DNA from: Microcoleus sp.
GTDB lineage: Bacteria; Cyanobacteriota; Cyanobacteriia; Cyanobacteriales; Microcoleaceae
NCBI GenBank assembly: GCA_052279835.1
Contig: CP181291.1
Coordinates: 1,792,001 to 1,856,000 of the forward strand
DNA length: 64,000 bases
Reading direction: 5' to 3'
Below are positions 20,701-29,916 of this stretch, piece after piece. The position numbers and the translations under genes are program-made. Below the pieces are notes generated by a model that did no database searches, was not told where the DNA came from, and was given only the letters and a program-made list of their open reading frames with translations. Every line of letters starts with the position of its first letter. Positions within the stretch are counted from its first letter, which is position 1.

Positions 20701-23280
20701 CTCCAATTTGGGAACGCACCGGTATCGACAATGGGATATGCGGGTTATGGCATGGTACTATCTGCCTTTTTGGGGCAGGCGGAAACGGGCTATCGCTTTG
20801 GGCTGTTGGCGCTGAGCTTGCTAGAGCAGTTTAACCTCCAAGAATTCAAGTCGGCAGTTTTATCTATTTTTGGGAGCTTTCTTCATCATCAGCAAGCAGC
20901 TCTCTCGGCAACGAGATTGATGGTGAAAGATGGCTATAGGGCTGGGATGGAAACTGGCCAGTTTCTATACGCTGGCTACAACATACTTAATTACTTCCAT
21001 AACTGTTTTTTTACGGGAGTAAACCTGGACGCTTGGACTCATGAAGTAGCAGATTATAGCGCTGCTTTAGCCCAGGCAAAACAGTATTCGGCTCAGGCTT
21101 ATTTGGATATGACGGAGCAGACGGGACAGAATTTTAGGGAAACCTCGATGCAACCGGAGTGCTTAATCGGAATTGCTTACGATGAAAGGGTGATGATTCC
21201 CAAGCACCATCAGGCTCATGAAGCCACGGCGATCGCGGAAGTTTACATCTTCAAGCTCCTACTTGCCTATTCCTACGGTAATTATGGGGCAGCCCTAGAC
21301 TATGTTGCCCAAGTCCAGCCTTGTTTTATGGCAGTATCGGGAATGTTTTTTGTTCCCATTTTCCATTTCTATGCGCCCTTGACAGAGCTAGCGCTGTTTC
21401 CTGCACAGTCAAAAGCCGAGCAAGCCGAAGTTTTGATTCGGGTAGAAGCCCATCAAACTACCCTGAACCAGTGGGCGAGAAATGCTCCGATCAATTATTT
21501 GCATAAGTGGCATTTAGTGGAGGCGGAAAGGAGTCGAGTTTTGGGCAAGACAACAGAGGCGATCGAACAGTTCGATCGCGCGATCGCCCTCGCCCAAGAA
21601 AATCAGTTTCTCCCTGAAGAAGCACTAGCCAACGAACTCGCCGCCAAATTCTACCTAGACTGGGGCAAAACAAAAGTTGCCCAAACCTATATGCAGGAAG
21701 CCTACTACTGCTACGCCCGCTGGGGTGCAAAAGCCAAAGTAGAGGATTTGGAAAAACGCTATCCCCAACTGCTGCAACCGATTTTGCAACAGCGGCGACT
21801 CAGCCTCAATCCCAGAGAAACCATTGCCTCTATTGCCATAAGTTCTACTTCTACTCATGCTTCTAGTAGTAGCAGCATTTCCGATGCCCTAGATTTCGCT
21901 TCTGTCCTCAAAGCAGCTCAAGCCATTTCTAGTAGCATTCAACTCGATGAATTGATGGCTAGTCTCACCCGCATTCTCTTAGAAAACTCCGGGGCGAAAA
22001 AGACAGCTCTGATTCTGCTTCAAGATGAGATTTGGCAAGTGAGAGCATTTGCTTATGTCAGTCATCATAGCAACGGTGAAGCTGAAATCAAAACTGTTCT
22101 CGATTCCCAATCCCTAGACACTTGTCCAGATGTTCCTAGGAAAATCATTCAATATGTCAAGAATACTCATACAACCGTCATCATCGATCGCCTAAAAACC
22201 GAAATTCCTGGACTAATTGGGGAATATATGTTAAAACATCAACCCCAGAGTGTATTATGTACTCCCATTATTAATCAAGGTCATCTGGCGGGGATTCTTT
22301 ACCTAGAAAATCAACTGACGAGGGGGGTATTTACGAGCGATCGCCTACAGGTTATCAATGTCCTTGCCTCCCAAGCAGCCATCTCCATTGAAAATGCCAG
22401 ACTCTACCAACAATCCCAACAAGCCCTGGTGGATTTACAACAAGCACAATTACAAATTGTGCAGAGCGAAAAAATGTCAGCATTAGGCAATATGGTAGCT
22501 GGGGTTGCGCACGAAATCAACAACCCCCTTGGCTTTATTGCTGGCAATATTAAAGAGGCGCTGGCGGCTGTAGTTGACCTGACAGAGTACATACATTTAT
22601 ATCAAGAAAAATGTCCATATTCCAGCGAAGAAGTCACAGAAAAAGCTTCAGAAATTGACTTGGAATATATGTTAAAAGATTTGCCAAATATGCTCAATTC
22701 GATGAAAATAGGATGCGACCGCATCAAAGGCATCAGCGTTAGTTTGCGAACTTTTTCCCGCGCCGACAAAGATTATAAAGTTCCTTTCAATATTCATGAA
22801 GGAATTGACAGCACTATTCTGATTCTCAAACACCGACTCAAAGCCAACGAAAAACGTCCGGCGATCGCCGTGGTTAAAAACTACGGGGATTTACCTCAAA
22901 TCCAGTGTTTTCCAGGACAACTCAATCAGGTGTTTATGAATATACTGGCAAATGCGATCGATGCGATCGATGAATCAAATACGGGGCGGAAATTTGAAGA
23001 AATTGAAGCAAATCCCAACCGCATCACTATTACAACCTCTGTGAGAGATAACCAGGTGCAGATTACCATCGCTGATAATGGCCGGGGGATGAGCGAGGAA
23101 GTGCAACAGAAAATATTCGACCACTTATTTACGACGAAGGGAGTCGGAAAAGGCACGGGTTTAGGATTGGCGATCGCCCGCCAAATTATTGTCGAAAAAC
23201 ATGGTGGCAGCATTGAAACCCAGTCTATCCTGGAAAAAGGAACTGAATTTATCATCAAAATACCCATGGAATGCCAATAG
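17800..23280 (+). CDS. Hybrid Ser/Thr kinase-AAA ATPase-GAF-histidine kinase, paralogue 2
   Basis: Same motif order as paralogue 1: [54 protein letters not shown]. Confidence 0.92.
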   Translation: MKNDCNNQLSLNGYQATETLYQGTKTEVYRARRLADRQAVVIKILRQEYPTFGEMLNFRNQYIIAKNLQNPGIVSPLSLETYRHSYALVMEDFGGISLREYTKTHALKLTEFLEIALQLSDILHYLYQHRIIHKDIKPANILIEPKTQQVKLIDFSISSLLPKETPEIKNPSGLEGTLAYISPEQTGRMNRGIDYRSDLYSLGITLFELLTGNLPFISEDPMELVHCHIAKQPPMARGNGLSNIGEEIPQVLAEIVMKLMAKNAEERYQTALGLKHDLEHCLHQWQETGKIEGFEIGKRDICDRFTIPEKLYGRESEVRQLLEAFDRVANPSQPPQGKGEPRGSEMMLVAGFSGLGKTAVVNEVHKPIVRQRGYFIKGKFDQFNRNIPFSAFVQAFRDLMGQLLSESDAQLQRWKAKIIEVVGENGQVLIEVIPELENIIGAQPLAPELSGSAAQNRFHLLMQNFVQIFTSIEHPLVIFLDDLQWADLASLKLLQLLMQDTGHLLVLGAYRDNEVFPAHPFLLTVDELVKTGAIVNRITLQPLSWEDTNQLVADTLKCGAQLALPLTELLYQKTQGNPFFATQFLKALYEDKLITFNPPQSPLSKGGRQGGWQCDIAQVKALALTDDVVEFMALQLQKLPPQTQEVLKLAACMGGKFDLNALAIVSQKLPDATATLLWKALQSGLIIPVTEVYKFFTESEGAAIAQTGANATYKFLHDRVQQAAYSLIPADQKQATHLQIGHLLQQNYSETEREEKLFEIVGHLNLGQNLIGSLLDREALAQLNLKAGQKAKNSTAYSAAVIYLQTGIELLQIHCWQNQYELTLNLYVAATEAAYLNGEFEDMEQSATLVLQQARTILDKFKIYEIQIAALTAQSQILEAIAVGRNALAQLGVELPNAPDEAKTGQALQTVGSQLSDKQIEELANLPVMSDAHTIAAMQLMGMLFAPILMGMPGLLPLLCSTMVSLSLQFGNAPVSTMGYAGYGMVLSAFLGQAETGYRFGLLALSLLEQFNLQEFKSAVLSIFGSFLHHQQAALSATRLMVKDGYRAGMETGQFLYAGYNILNYFHNCFFTGVNLDAWTHEVADYSAALAQAKQYSAQAYLDMTEQTGQNFRETSMQPECLIGIAYDERVMIPKHHQAHEATAIAEVYIFKLLLAYSYGNYGAALDYVAQVQPCFMAVSGMFFVPIFHFYAPLTELALFPAQSKAEQAEVLIRVEAHQTTLNQWARNAPINYLHKWHLVEAERSRVLGKTTEAIEQFDRAIALAQENQFLPEEALANELAAKFYLDWGKTKVAQTYMQEAYYCYARWGAKAKVEDLEKRYPQLLQPILQQRRLSLNPRETIASIAISSTSTHASSSSSISDALDFASVLKAAQAISSSIQLDELMASLTRILLENSGAKKTALILLQDEIWQVRAFAYVSHHSNGEAEIKTVLDSQSLDTCPDVPRKIIQYVKNTHTTVIIDRLKTEIPGLIGEYMLKHQPQSVLCTPIINQGHLAGILYLENQLTRGVFTSDRLQVINVLASQAAISIENARLYQQSQQALVDLQQAQLQIVQSEKMSALGNMVAGVAHEINNPLGFIAGNIKEALAAVVDLTEYIHLYQEKCPYSSEEVTEKASEIDLEYMLKDLPNMLNSMKIGCDRIKGISVSLRTFSRADKDYKVPFNIHEGIDSTILILKHRLKANEKRPAIAVVKNYGDLPQIQCFPGQLNQVFMNILANAIDAIDESNTGRKFEEIEANPNRITITTSVRDNQVQITIADNGRGMSEEVQQKIFDHLFTTKGVGKGTGLGLAIARQIIVEKHGGSIETQSILEKGTEFIIKIPMECQ

Positions 23281-23355
23281 TTAAGAAGCGCCAGTAACTG
23301 ATTCAAATTTTGATAAAATTTTCAATTTTTAATTAACAACATTTAGGGACAAGTC

Positions 23356-26300
23356 ATGAAAAACGATTTCAATAACCAGCTATCTTTGAAGGGATACCAA
23401 GTAACAGAAACCCTTTACCAAGGTACTAAGACCGAAGTCTGTCGCGCTCGGAGATTAGCAGATAAACAAGCAGTAGTAATTAAAATATTGCGAATAGAAT
23501 ATCCCACTTTTGGGGAAATGTTGAATTTTCGCAACCAATATATCATCGCCAAAAACCTCCAAAATCCAGGCATCGTCAGTCCCTTATGTTTAGAAACCTA
23601 TCGCCACAGTTATGCCTTAGTCATGGAAGATTTTGGGGGAATTTCTCTCCGAGAATATACCAAAACCCATACCTTAGAATTAACAGAGTTTTTGGAAATA
23701 GCCCTGCAACTTAGCGATATCCTCCACTATTTGTATCAAAACCGCATCATCCACAAGGATATTAAACCAGCCAACATTCTGATTCATCCAGAAACTAAAC
23801 AAGTTAAACTCATTGACTTTAGTATTTCTTCCCTGCTACCCAAAGAAACCCCGGAAATCAAAAATCCCAGCGGATTAGAAGGCACTTTGGCTTATATTTC
23901 TCCCGAACAAACAGGACGGATGAACCGAGGCATAGACTACCGCAGCGATTTTTATTCTTTGGGTGTGACGCTGTTTGAATTATTAACAGGAGAATTGCCC
24001 TTCCAGTCGGATGACCCCATGGAGTTGGTGCATTGTCACATTGCCAAAATACCGCCTTTAGTTATCGGTGAGGAAATTCCGCAAGTTTTGGGCGATCTGG
24101 TGATGAAACTGATGGCGAAAAATGCGGAAGACCGCTATCAGAGTGCTTTGGGATTAAAACACGATATCGAAAAATGTCTCAAGCAGTTGCAAGAAACTGG
24201 AAACATCGTTCAGTTTGAATTGGGAGAACGGGATATTTGCGATCGCTTCATAATTCCTGAAAAACTTTATGGACGGGAATCAGAAGTTCGGCAACTTTTA
24301 GAAGCTTTTGAAAGGGTCGCTAACCCCCCCCAACCCCCCCTGGGGCTAAGAGGGAGCGAAATGATGCTAGTTGCAGGTTTTTCGGGCATTGGCAAAACGG
24401 CGGTAGTGAACGAAGTCCATAAGCCGATCGTGCGGCAACGAGGCTATTTCATCAAAGGCAAATTTGACCAATTCAATCGCAATATTCCCTTGAGTGCTTT
24501 TGTCCAAGCCTTCCGCGATTTGATCGGGCAATTGCTGTCTGAATCTGACGCTCAACTACAACGGTGGAAAGCCAAGATTATAGAAGTATTGGGAGATAAT
24601 GCCCAAGCGATCGTAGAAGTGATTCCCGAACTGGAACGCATCATCGGAAAGCAACCCATCCCACCGGAACTTTCGGGAACTGCTGCACAGAATCGATTTA
24701 ATTTGTTGTTCCAGAAATTCATTCAAGTTTTCACGACCAAACAGCATCCCTTGGCAATCTTCTTGGATGACTTGCAGTGGGCAGATTTAACCTCGCTGAA
24801 GTTATTGCAATTGTTGATGCAGGATACAGGGCATTTATTAGTGTTGGGAGCCTATCGAGATAATGAAGTATTCCCAGCTCACCCTTTCCTATTGACAGTA
24901 CATGAACTTGTCAAAAATGGCTCAACAGTTAATACAATTACGCTGCCACCTTTGAGTTGGGCAGATACCAATCAATTGGTGGCAGATACATTGAAATGCG
25001 GTGCACAGTTGGCTCTACCTTTGACTGAATTATTGTATCAAAAAACCCAAGGTAATCCTTTTTTTGCAACTCAGTTTCTCAAGGCGTTACATGAAGATAA
25101 GCTGATTACTTTTCACCCCCCTCAATCCCTCCTGAGTAAGGGGGGAAGCCAAGGGGGATGGCAGTGTGACATTGCTCAAGTTAAAGCTTTGGCTCTGACT
25201 GATGATGTGGTGGAGTTTATGGCGCTGCAATTGGAGAAGTTGCCATCCTCAACTCAGGAAGTTCTCAAACTGGCTGCTTGCATTGGGGCGCAGTTTGAAC
25301 TCAATACCTTGGCGATAGTCAGTCAGAAGTTGCCGGAGGTTACTGCTGCTTTGTTATGGCAAGCGTTGCAGTCTGGGTTGATTATTCCGGTTACTGAAGT
25401 CTATAAGTTTTTTGCTGATTCCGAGGGTAGTGCGATCGCCCAACCGGGTGCTAATGCTACCTATAAGTTTCTGCACGATCGCGTCCAACAAGCTGCTTAC
25501 TCTTTGATTCCAGAGTCTCAACGGGCGATCGCTCATTACCAAATCGGGCAACTGCTGCTGCAACAAATTTCACCATCGGCCAGGGAAGAATCTATTTTTG
25601 AATTAGTCAATCAATTAAATTATGGCACTACCCTGATTGCCGAACCAACAGAACGGGATGAGCTTGCCCAACTCAACCTGAGTGCTGCTCGCAAAGCCAG
25701 ATCTGCCACCGCCTATCAAGCAGCTTGCGAATATGCCACAGTCGGACTGAAACTGCTGGGAACAGATGCTTGGCAACGGCAATATCAAATGACTTTAGCT
25801 CTGCACGAATTAGCCGCGGAAATTGCTTCCTTGCTTGGTGATTTTGAGCAAATGAACCAGTGGATTGCCACCACGCTCCACCATGCTAAAACGCCTTTAG
25901 AGCAGGTACAAGTTTATCAGGTCAAAATTCAGTCTCTCACTTCTGGCAATGAATTTTTAGAGGCGATCGCCACTGGTCAATCTGTCCTCAAAATTTTGGG
26001 GGTTAGTTTGCCAGATTGCCCCAAAACTGAGGAGACTCAGCTTTTAATGGAGGAGATTGCTGCGTTAATTGGCGATCGGGCGATCGAGAAATTGATTCAC
26101 CTTCCTGCAATGGTCGATGCCCAGCAACTAGCAGTGATGAAAATTCTAGCTAATATTCTGCCAGCCTGCGCCATGAGCCACTCGCCAGTGTTTCCTGTGG
26201 CGATCGGGCTACAAGTAAAGTTTTCTATCCAACATGGCAATAGTCCCGTTTCTGCTTTTGGGTATGCAAATTATGGGTTTTTGCTCAATACTTTGCTGCA

Positions 26301-29300
26301 AAACTTCACTGAAGGCAAACAGTTCGGTCAGTTAGCTTATCACCTTGCTGAGGAAACGAACGCTAAGTATATTAAATCAGCAACATTTCTGCTGATCGGG
26401 CAATTGATTCACCACCGCACAGCTCATATGAGAGAAACGCTATCAATTGCTAGAGATGGCTATCAAGCAGGGTTAGACACAGGAAATTTAGAGTATGCCG
26501 GATACAACGGGCACGGCTTTTGTCTGCACGCCTACTGGTGCGGTGAAGGGCTGATCGAGCTTGAGTCTCAAATCTGCGCTTATCGCGATAATTTTCTAGC
26601 TCTTAATCAAATTCCTGCGTCCAACTATTGTTTAATTTACTGGGAAACCGTTCTGCGACTGTTAGGTAATCCTCAAAATTTAGAAGTTCCGTTTCTGAAA
26701 GATAGTTACGAACAGGAATTAGTTTCTCAGTGTTTGGCAACTAAGGATTCCTTTCGTTTGTCTTTGTTTTATATCTACCGGTTTACCTTAAATTTCTTGC
26801 TGGAAGACCTAGCACTTGCTGAAAAATATGCCACTCTAACTAGGCCCTATTTACCATTATTAATGGGTAATATTTGCGAAGCTGTGTTTTATTTTTACGA
26901 CTCTCTCACAGCCCTTGCTGGTCATCAAAAATCGGTTGTGGAACTAGGGGTTGAGTCGGAGCGAGTTCAGGAAAATCAAGCAAAGTTGCAGCAATGGGCG
27001 GATCATGCTCCCATGAATCACCTGCACAAATACTATTTGGTTGAAGCAGAAAAGTATCGCGTTGGGGAGCAATACAAGGAGGCAATTGAATTGTACGATC
27101 GCGCGATCGCCCTCGCCCAAAAAAATAAATACATCCAAGAAGAAGCACTAGCCAACGAACTCGCGGCCAAATTTTACCTAGATTGGGGGAAAGAGAAAGT
27201 TGCCGCAGGTTATATGCAGGAAGCCTACTACTGCTACGCCCGCTGGGGTGCAAAAGCCAAAGTAGAGGATTTGGAAAAACGCTATCCCCAACTGCTGCAA
27301 CCGATTCTGCAAGAACGACGACTCAGCCTCAATCCCAGAGAAACCATCGCCACTATTGCCCTAGGTTCCACCTCCACTCATACTTCTAGTAGCAGCATTT
27401 CTGATGCCCTAGATTTCGCCTCCGCCCTCAAAGCAGCTCAAGCCATTTCTAGTAGTATTGAACTCGATGAATTGATGGCGAGTCTCACCCGCATTCTCTT
27501 AGAAAACTCCGGGGCAAAAAAGGTGGCTTTGGTTCTGCTTCAAGATGAGACTTGGCAAGTGAGAGCGGTTGCTTGTGTCGCTCATCATGCCAAGGGTGAG
27601 GCTGAGATAGAAACTGTTTTGGTTTCCCAGTCGCTAGACGATTGCAAAGATGTTCCCAGACCGCTAATTCATTATGTTAAAAATACGCAGAATTCGGTTA
27701 TTGTCGATCGCCTAAAAACCGAAATTCCTGGATTATTTGGGGAGTATATGTTAACCCATAAACCCCAAAGCGTGTTGGGCGTGCCTATTATTAATCAAGG
27801 GCATTTGCTGGGGGTTCTGTATCTGGAAAATCAACTGACTGGTGGGGTGTTTACTAGCGATCGTTTGCAAGTAATCAATTTGCTTTCTACCCAGGCAGCC
27901 ATTGCTTTACAAAATGCTCAACTCTATGCTAAGCAACAAGAAAAAACGAGGGAGATATCGGAAAAAGAAGAAGAATATCGCAGTATTTTTGAAAGCGTTA
28001 ATGATGGGTTGTCAATTTGTGATTTGGAGACGGGGAAAATAGTTGCGATTAATCCGGCTCTTGGTCGAATGTTTGGTTATACCCAACAGGAGTGGCTAAG
28101 TTTGAGGCCGATAGATTTCATGCACCCAGATTCTCTCGATTCTTTTGGCAGTTTGTTGGCAACTCTGAGGGCTGGGGAGGAGTTTGATGTGACGGAGGGT
28201 GTTTGCAGGCGGAAGGATGGTAGTTTTTTTGATTGTGAGGCGAAGGCGCTCCCTTTTGTGTACAAGGGTAAGTTGCATGGGTTAAGTATTTTAAGAGATA
28301 TTACTAAGCAGCAAGCTGCACTCCGCGAGCGTCTAAAAGCGGAGGCTGAGCTTGCAGAAAGTGAAGCTTATCATCGTCGGTTGTTTGAGCAGTGTCCTAT
28401 TGGTTTGTTAGTATGCCGCATGAATGGGCAACTGTTGTATGCTAATGCGGCTTATGCCAAAATTGTTGGGCGCACCCATGAGGAATTAGCGTCTTTGACT
28501 TATTTGGAAATAACTCCTCAAGATTATATCCATATGGAACAATTGCAACTCCAAAGTCTCGAAACAATCGGATGCTATGGTCCTTATGAGAAAGAGTATA
28601 TTCACAAGGATGGGCATCTTGTGCCTGTGCGACTGTCGGGTGTGATTGTTGAGCGTTATGGTGAGAGGTTTATTTGGTCTAGTGTTGAAGATATTACCGA
28701 TCGCAAGCAAGCGGAGTTAGCTGTACTTCATAAGTCGGAGCGGCTAGAACAAGCTCTGGAAGAGCTGCAACGGGCCCAATTGCAAATGGTGCAAAGTGAA
28801 AAAATGTCTGCTTTGGGCAATTTGGTGGCTGGGGTTGCTCATGAAATGAACAATCCTCTGGGTTTTATTTCTGTTAGTCTCCAACAACTTCAGCCTATGG
28901 TTACTGAGTTAATTGAGCATCTGAGGTTGTATCAAGAAAATCTCCTAAATCCCAGCCCCGAAATTATCGCTCATGCAGAAGAAATAGATTTGGAGTACAG
29001 CTTAGAAGACTTACCCAAGGTAATTAATTCCATGGCGATCGCCTGCGATCGCCTCAAGAGTATCAGTGTCAGTTTGCGCACTTTTTCGCGCGGCGACAAG
29101 GATTACAAGGTTTTGTTTAATATCCACGAAGGAATCGACAGTACCATTTTGATTCTCAAACACCGCCTGAAGGCTTCGGAAAGTCGTCCGGCGATCGCAG
29201 TAATAACTGAGTACGGCAACTTACCGACAATTGAATGCTTCCCCGGACAACTCAATCAGGTGTTTATGAATATTCTCGCCAATGCGATCGATGCCTTAGA

Positions 29301-29607
29301 AGAATCAAATACGGGGCGGAAATTTGAGGACATTCAAGCAAATCCCAATCGCATTGTTATCAAAACTTCTGTGGCTGACAATCAGGTGCAGGTAACTATA
29401 GCCGACAACGGGAAGGGGATGAGCCAGGAGCTACAGCAGAAAATATTTGACCATTTGTTTACTACGAAGGGGGTGGGTAAGGGTACGGGGTTGGGGTTGG
29501 CGATCGCGCGTCAAATCATTGTGGAAAAGCATGGTGGCATCATTGAAACCCAGTCTACGCTAGGAACGGGAACGAAATTTATGATTAAAATTCCTATCCA
29601 TCCCTAG
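23356..29607 (+). CDS. Hybrid Ser/Thr kinase-AAA ATPase-GAF-2xPAS-histidine kinase, paralogue 3
   Basis: Same core motifs, plus two PAS/PAC modules (SIFESVNDG...RDITK and FEQCPIG...EDITDRK) between the GAF domain and HEMNNP. Confidence 0.92.
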   Translation: MKNDFNNQLSLKGYQVTETLYQGTKTEVCRARRLADKQAVVIKILRIEYPTFGEMLNFRNQYIIAKNLQNPGIVSPLCLETYRHSYALVMEDFGGISLREYTKTHTLELTEFLEIALQLSDILHYLYQNRIIHKDIKPANILIHPETKQVKLIDFSISSLLPKETPEIKNPSGLEGTLAYISPEQTGRMNRGIDYRSDFYSLGVTLFELLTGELPFQSDDPMELVHCHIAKIPPLVIGEEIPQVLGDLVMKLMAKNAEDRYQSALGLKHDIEKCLKQLQETGNIVQFELGERDICDRFIIPEKLYGRESEVRQLLEAFERVANPPQPPLGLRGSEMMLVAGFSGIGKTAVVNEVHKPIVRQRGYFIKGKFDQFNRNIPLSAFVQAFRDLIGQLLSESDAQLQRWKAKIIEVLGDNAQAIVEVIPELERIIGKQPIPPELSGTAAQNRFNLLFQKFIQVFTTKQHPLAIFLDDLQWADLTSLKLLQLLMQDTGHLLVLGAYRDNEVFPAHPFLLTVHELVKNGSTVNTITLPPLSWADTNQLVADTLKCGAQLALPLTELLYQKTQGNPFFATQFLKALHEDKLITFHPPQSLLSKGGSQGGWQCDIAQVKALALTDDVVEFMALQLEKLPSSTQEVLKLAACIGAQFELNTLAIVSQKLPEVTAALLWQALQSGLIIPVTEVYKFFADSEGSAIAQPGANATYKFLHDRVQQAAYSLIPESQRAIAHYQIGQLLLQQISPSAREESIFELVNQLNYGTTLIAEPTERDELAQLNLSAARKARSATAYQAACEYATVGLKLLGTDAWQRQYQMTLALHELAAEIASLLGDFEQMNQWIATTLHHAKTPLEQVQVYQVKIQSLTSGNEFLEAIATGQSVLKILGVSLPDCPKTEETQLLMEEIAALIGDRAIEKLIHLPAMVDAQQLAVMKILANILPACAMSHSPVFPVAIGLQVKFSIQHGNSPVSAFGYANYGFLLNTLLQNFTEGKQFGQLAYHLAEETNAKYIKSATFLLIGQLIHHRTAHMRETLSIARDGYQAGLDTGNLEYAGYNGHGFCLHAYWCGEGLIELESQICAYRDNFLALNQIPASNYCLIYWETVLRLLGNPQNLEVPFLKDSYEQELVSQCLATKDSFRLSLFYIYRFTLNFLLEDLALAEKYATLTRPYLPLLMGNICEAVFYFYDSLTALAGHQKSVVELGVESERVQENQAKLQQWADHAPMNHLHKYYLVEAEKYRVGEQYKEAIELYDRAIALAQKNKYIQEEALANELAAKFYLDWGKEKVAAGYMQEAYYCYARWGAKAKVEDLEKRYPQLLQPILQERRLSLNPRETIATIALGSTSTHTSSSSISDALDFASALKAAQAISSSIELDELMASLTRILLENSGAKKVALVLLQDETWQVRAVACVAHHAKGEAEIETVLVSQSLDDCKDVPRPLIHYVKNTQNSVIVDRLKTEIPGLFGEYMLTHKPQSVLGVPIINQGHLLGVLYLENQLTGGVFTSDRLQVINLLSTQAAIALQNAQLYAKQQEKTREISEKEEEYRSIFESVNDGLSICDLETGKIVAINPALGRMFGYTQQEWLSLRPIDFMHPDSLDSFGSLLATLRAGEEFDVTEGVCRRKDGSFFDCEAKALPFVYKGKLHGLSILRDITKQQAALRERLKAEAELAESEAYHRRLFEQCPIGLLVCRMNGQLLYANAAYAKIVGRTHEELASLTYLEITPQDYIHMEQLQLQSLETIGCYGPYEKEYIHKDGHLVPVRLSGVIVERYGERFIWSSVEDITDRKQAELAVLHKSERLEQALEELQRAQLQMVQSEKMSALGNLVAGVAHEMNNPLGFISVSLQQLQPMVTELIEHLRLYQENLLNPSPEIIAHAEEIDLEYSLEDLPKVINSMAIACDRLKSISVSLRTFSRGDKDYKVLFNIHEGIDSTILILKHRLKASESRPAIAVITEYGNLPTIECFPGQLNQVFMNILANAIDALEESNTGRKFEDIQANPNRIVIKTSVADNQVQVTIADNGKGMSQELQQKIFDHLFTTKGVGKGTGLGLAIARQIIVEKHGGIIETQSTLGTGTKFMIKIPIHP

Positions 29608-29916
29608 CAAGTAAGTGTTAATCGTCCGAGTAAGTCCCTGGGATATCTGGGAGAGAAATTGTAGATTTACCCATGCCCGTTGCGAAGGAGTGCATCAGCC
29701 AAATTCCGCGTCGATTTTTGCCCTCGTTAAGTCAGAGAACATTCGTCAATTGTGGGGACAATCACCAATAAAACTGCTCGCGATCGCTCTTCATCTCTCA
29801 AGTACCATATATAACAATAAAGTCTACCTTCTGTGTGGGATCGCCCCGCAGCTCAAACACCAGGAAAAAATAGCACGTTCAACACCAAACCATCACCCTC
29901 GGACCAAGCGCTCATC

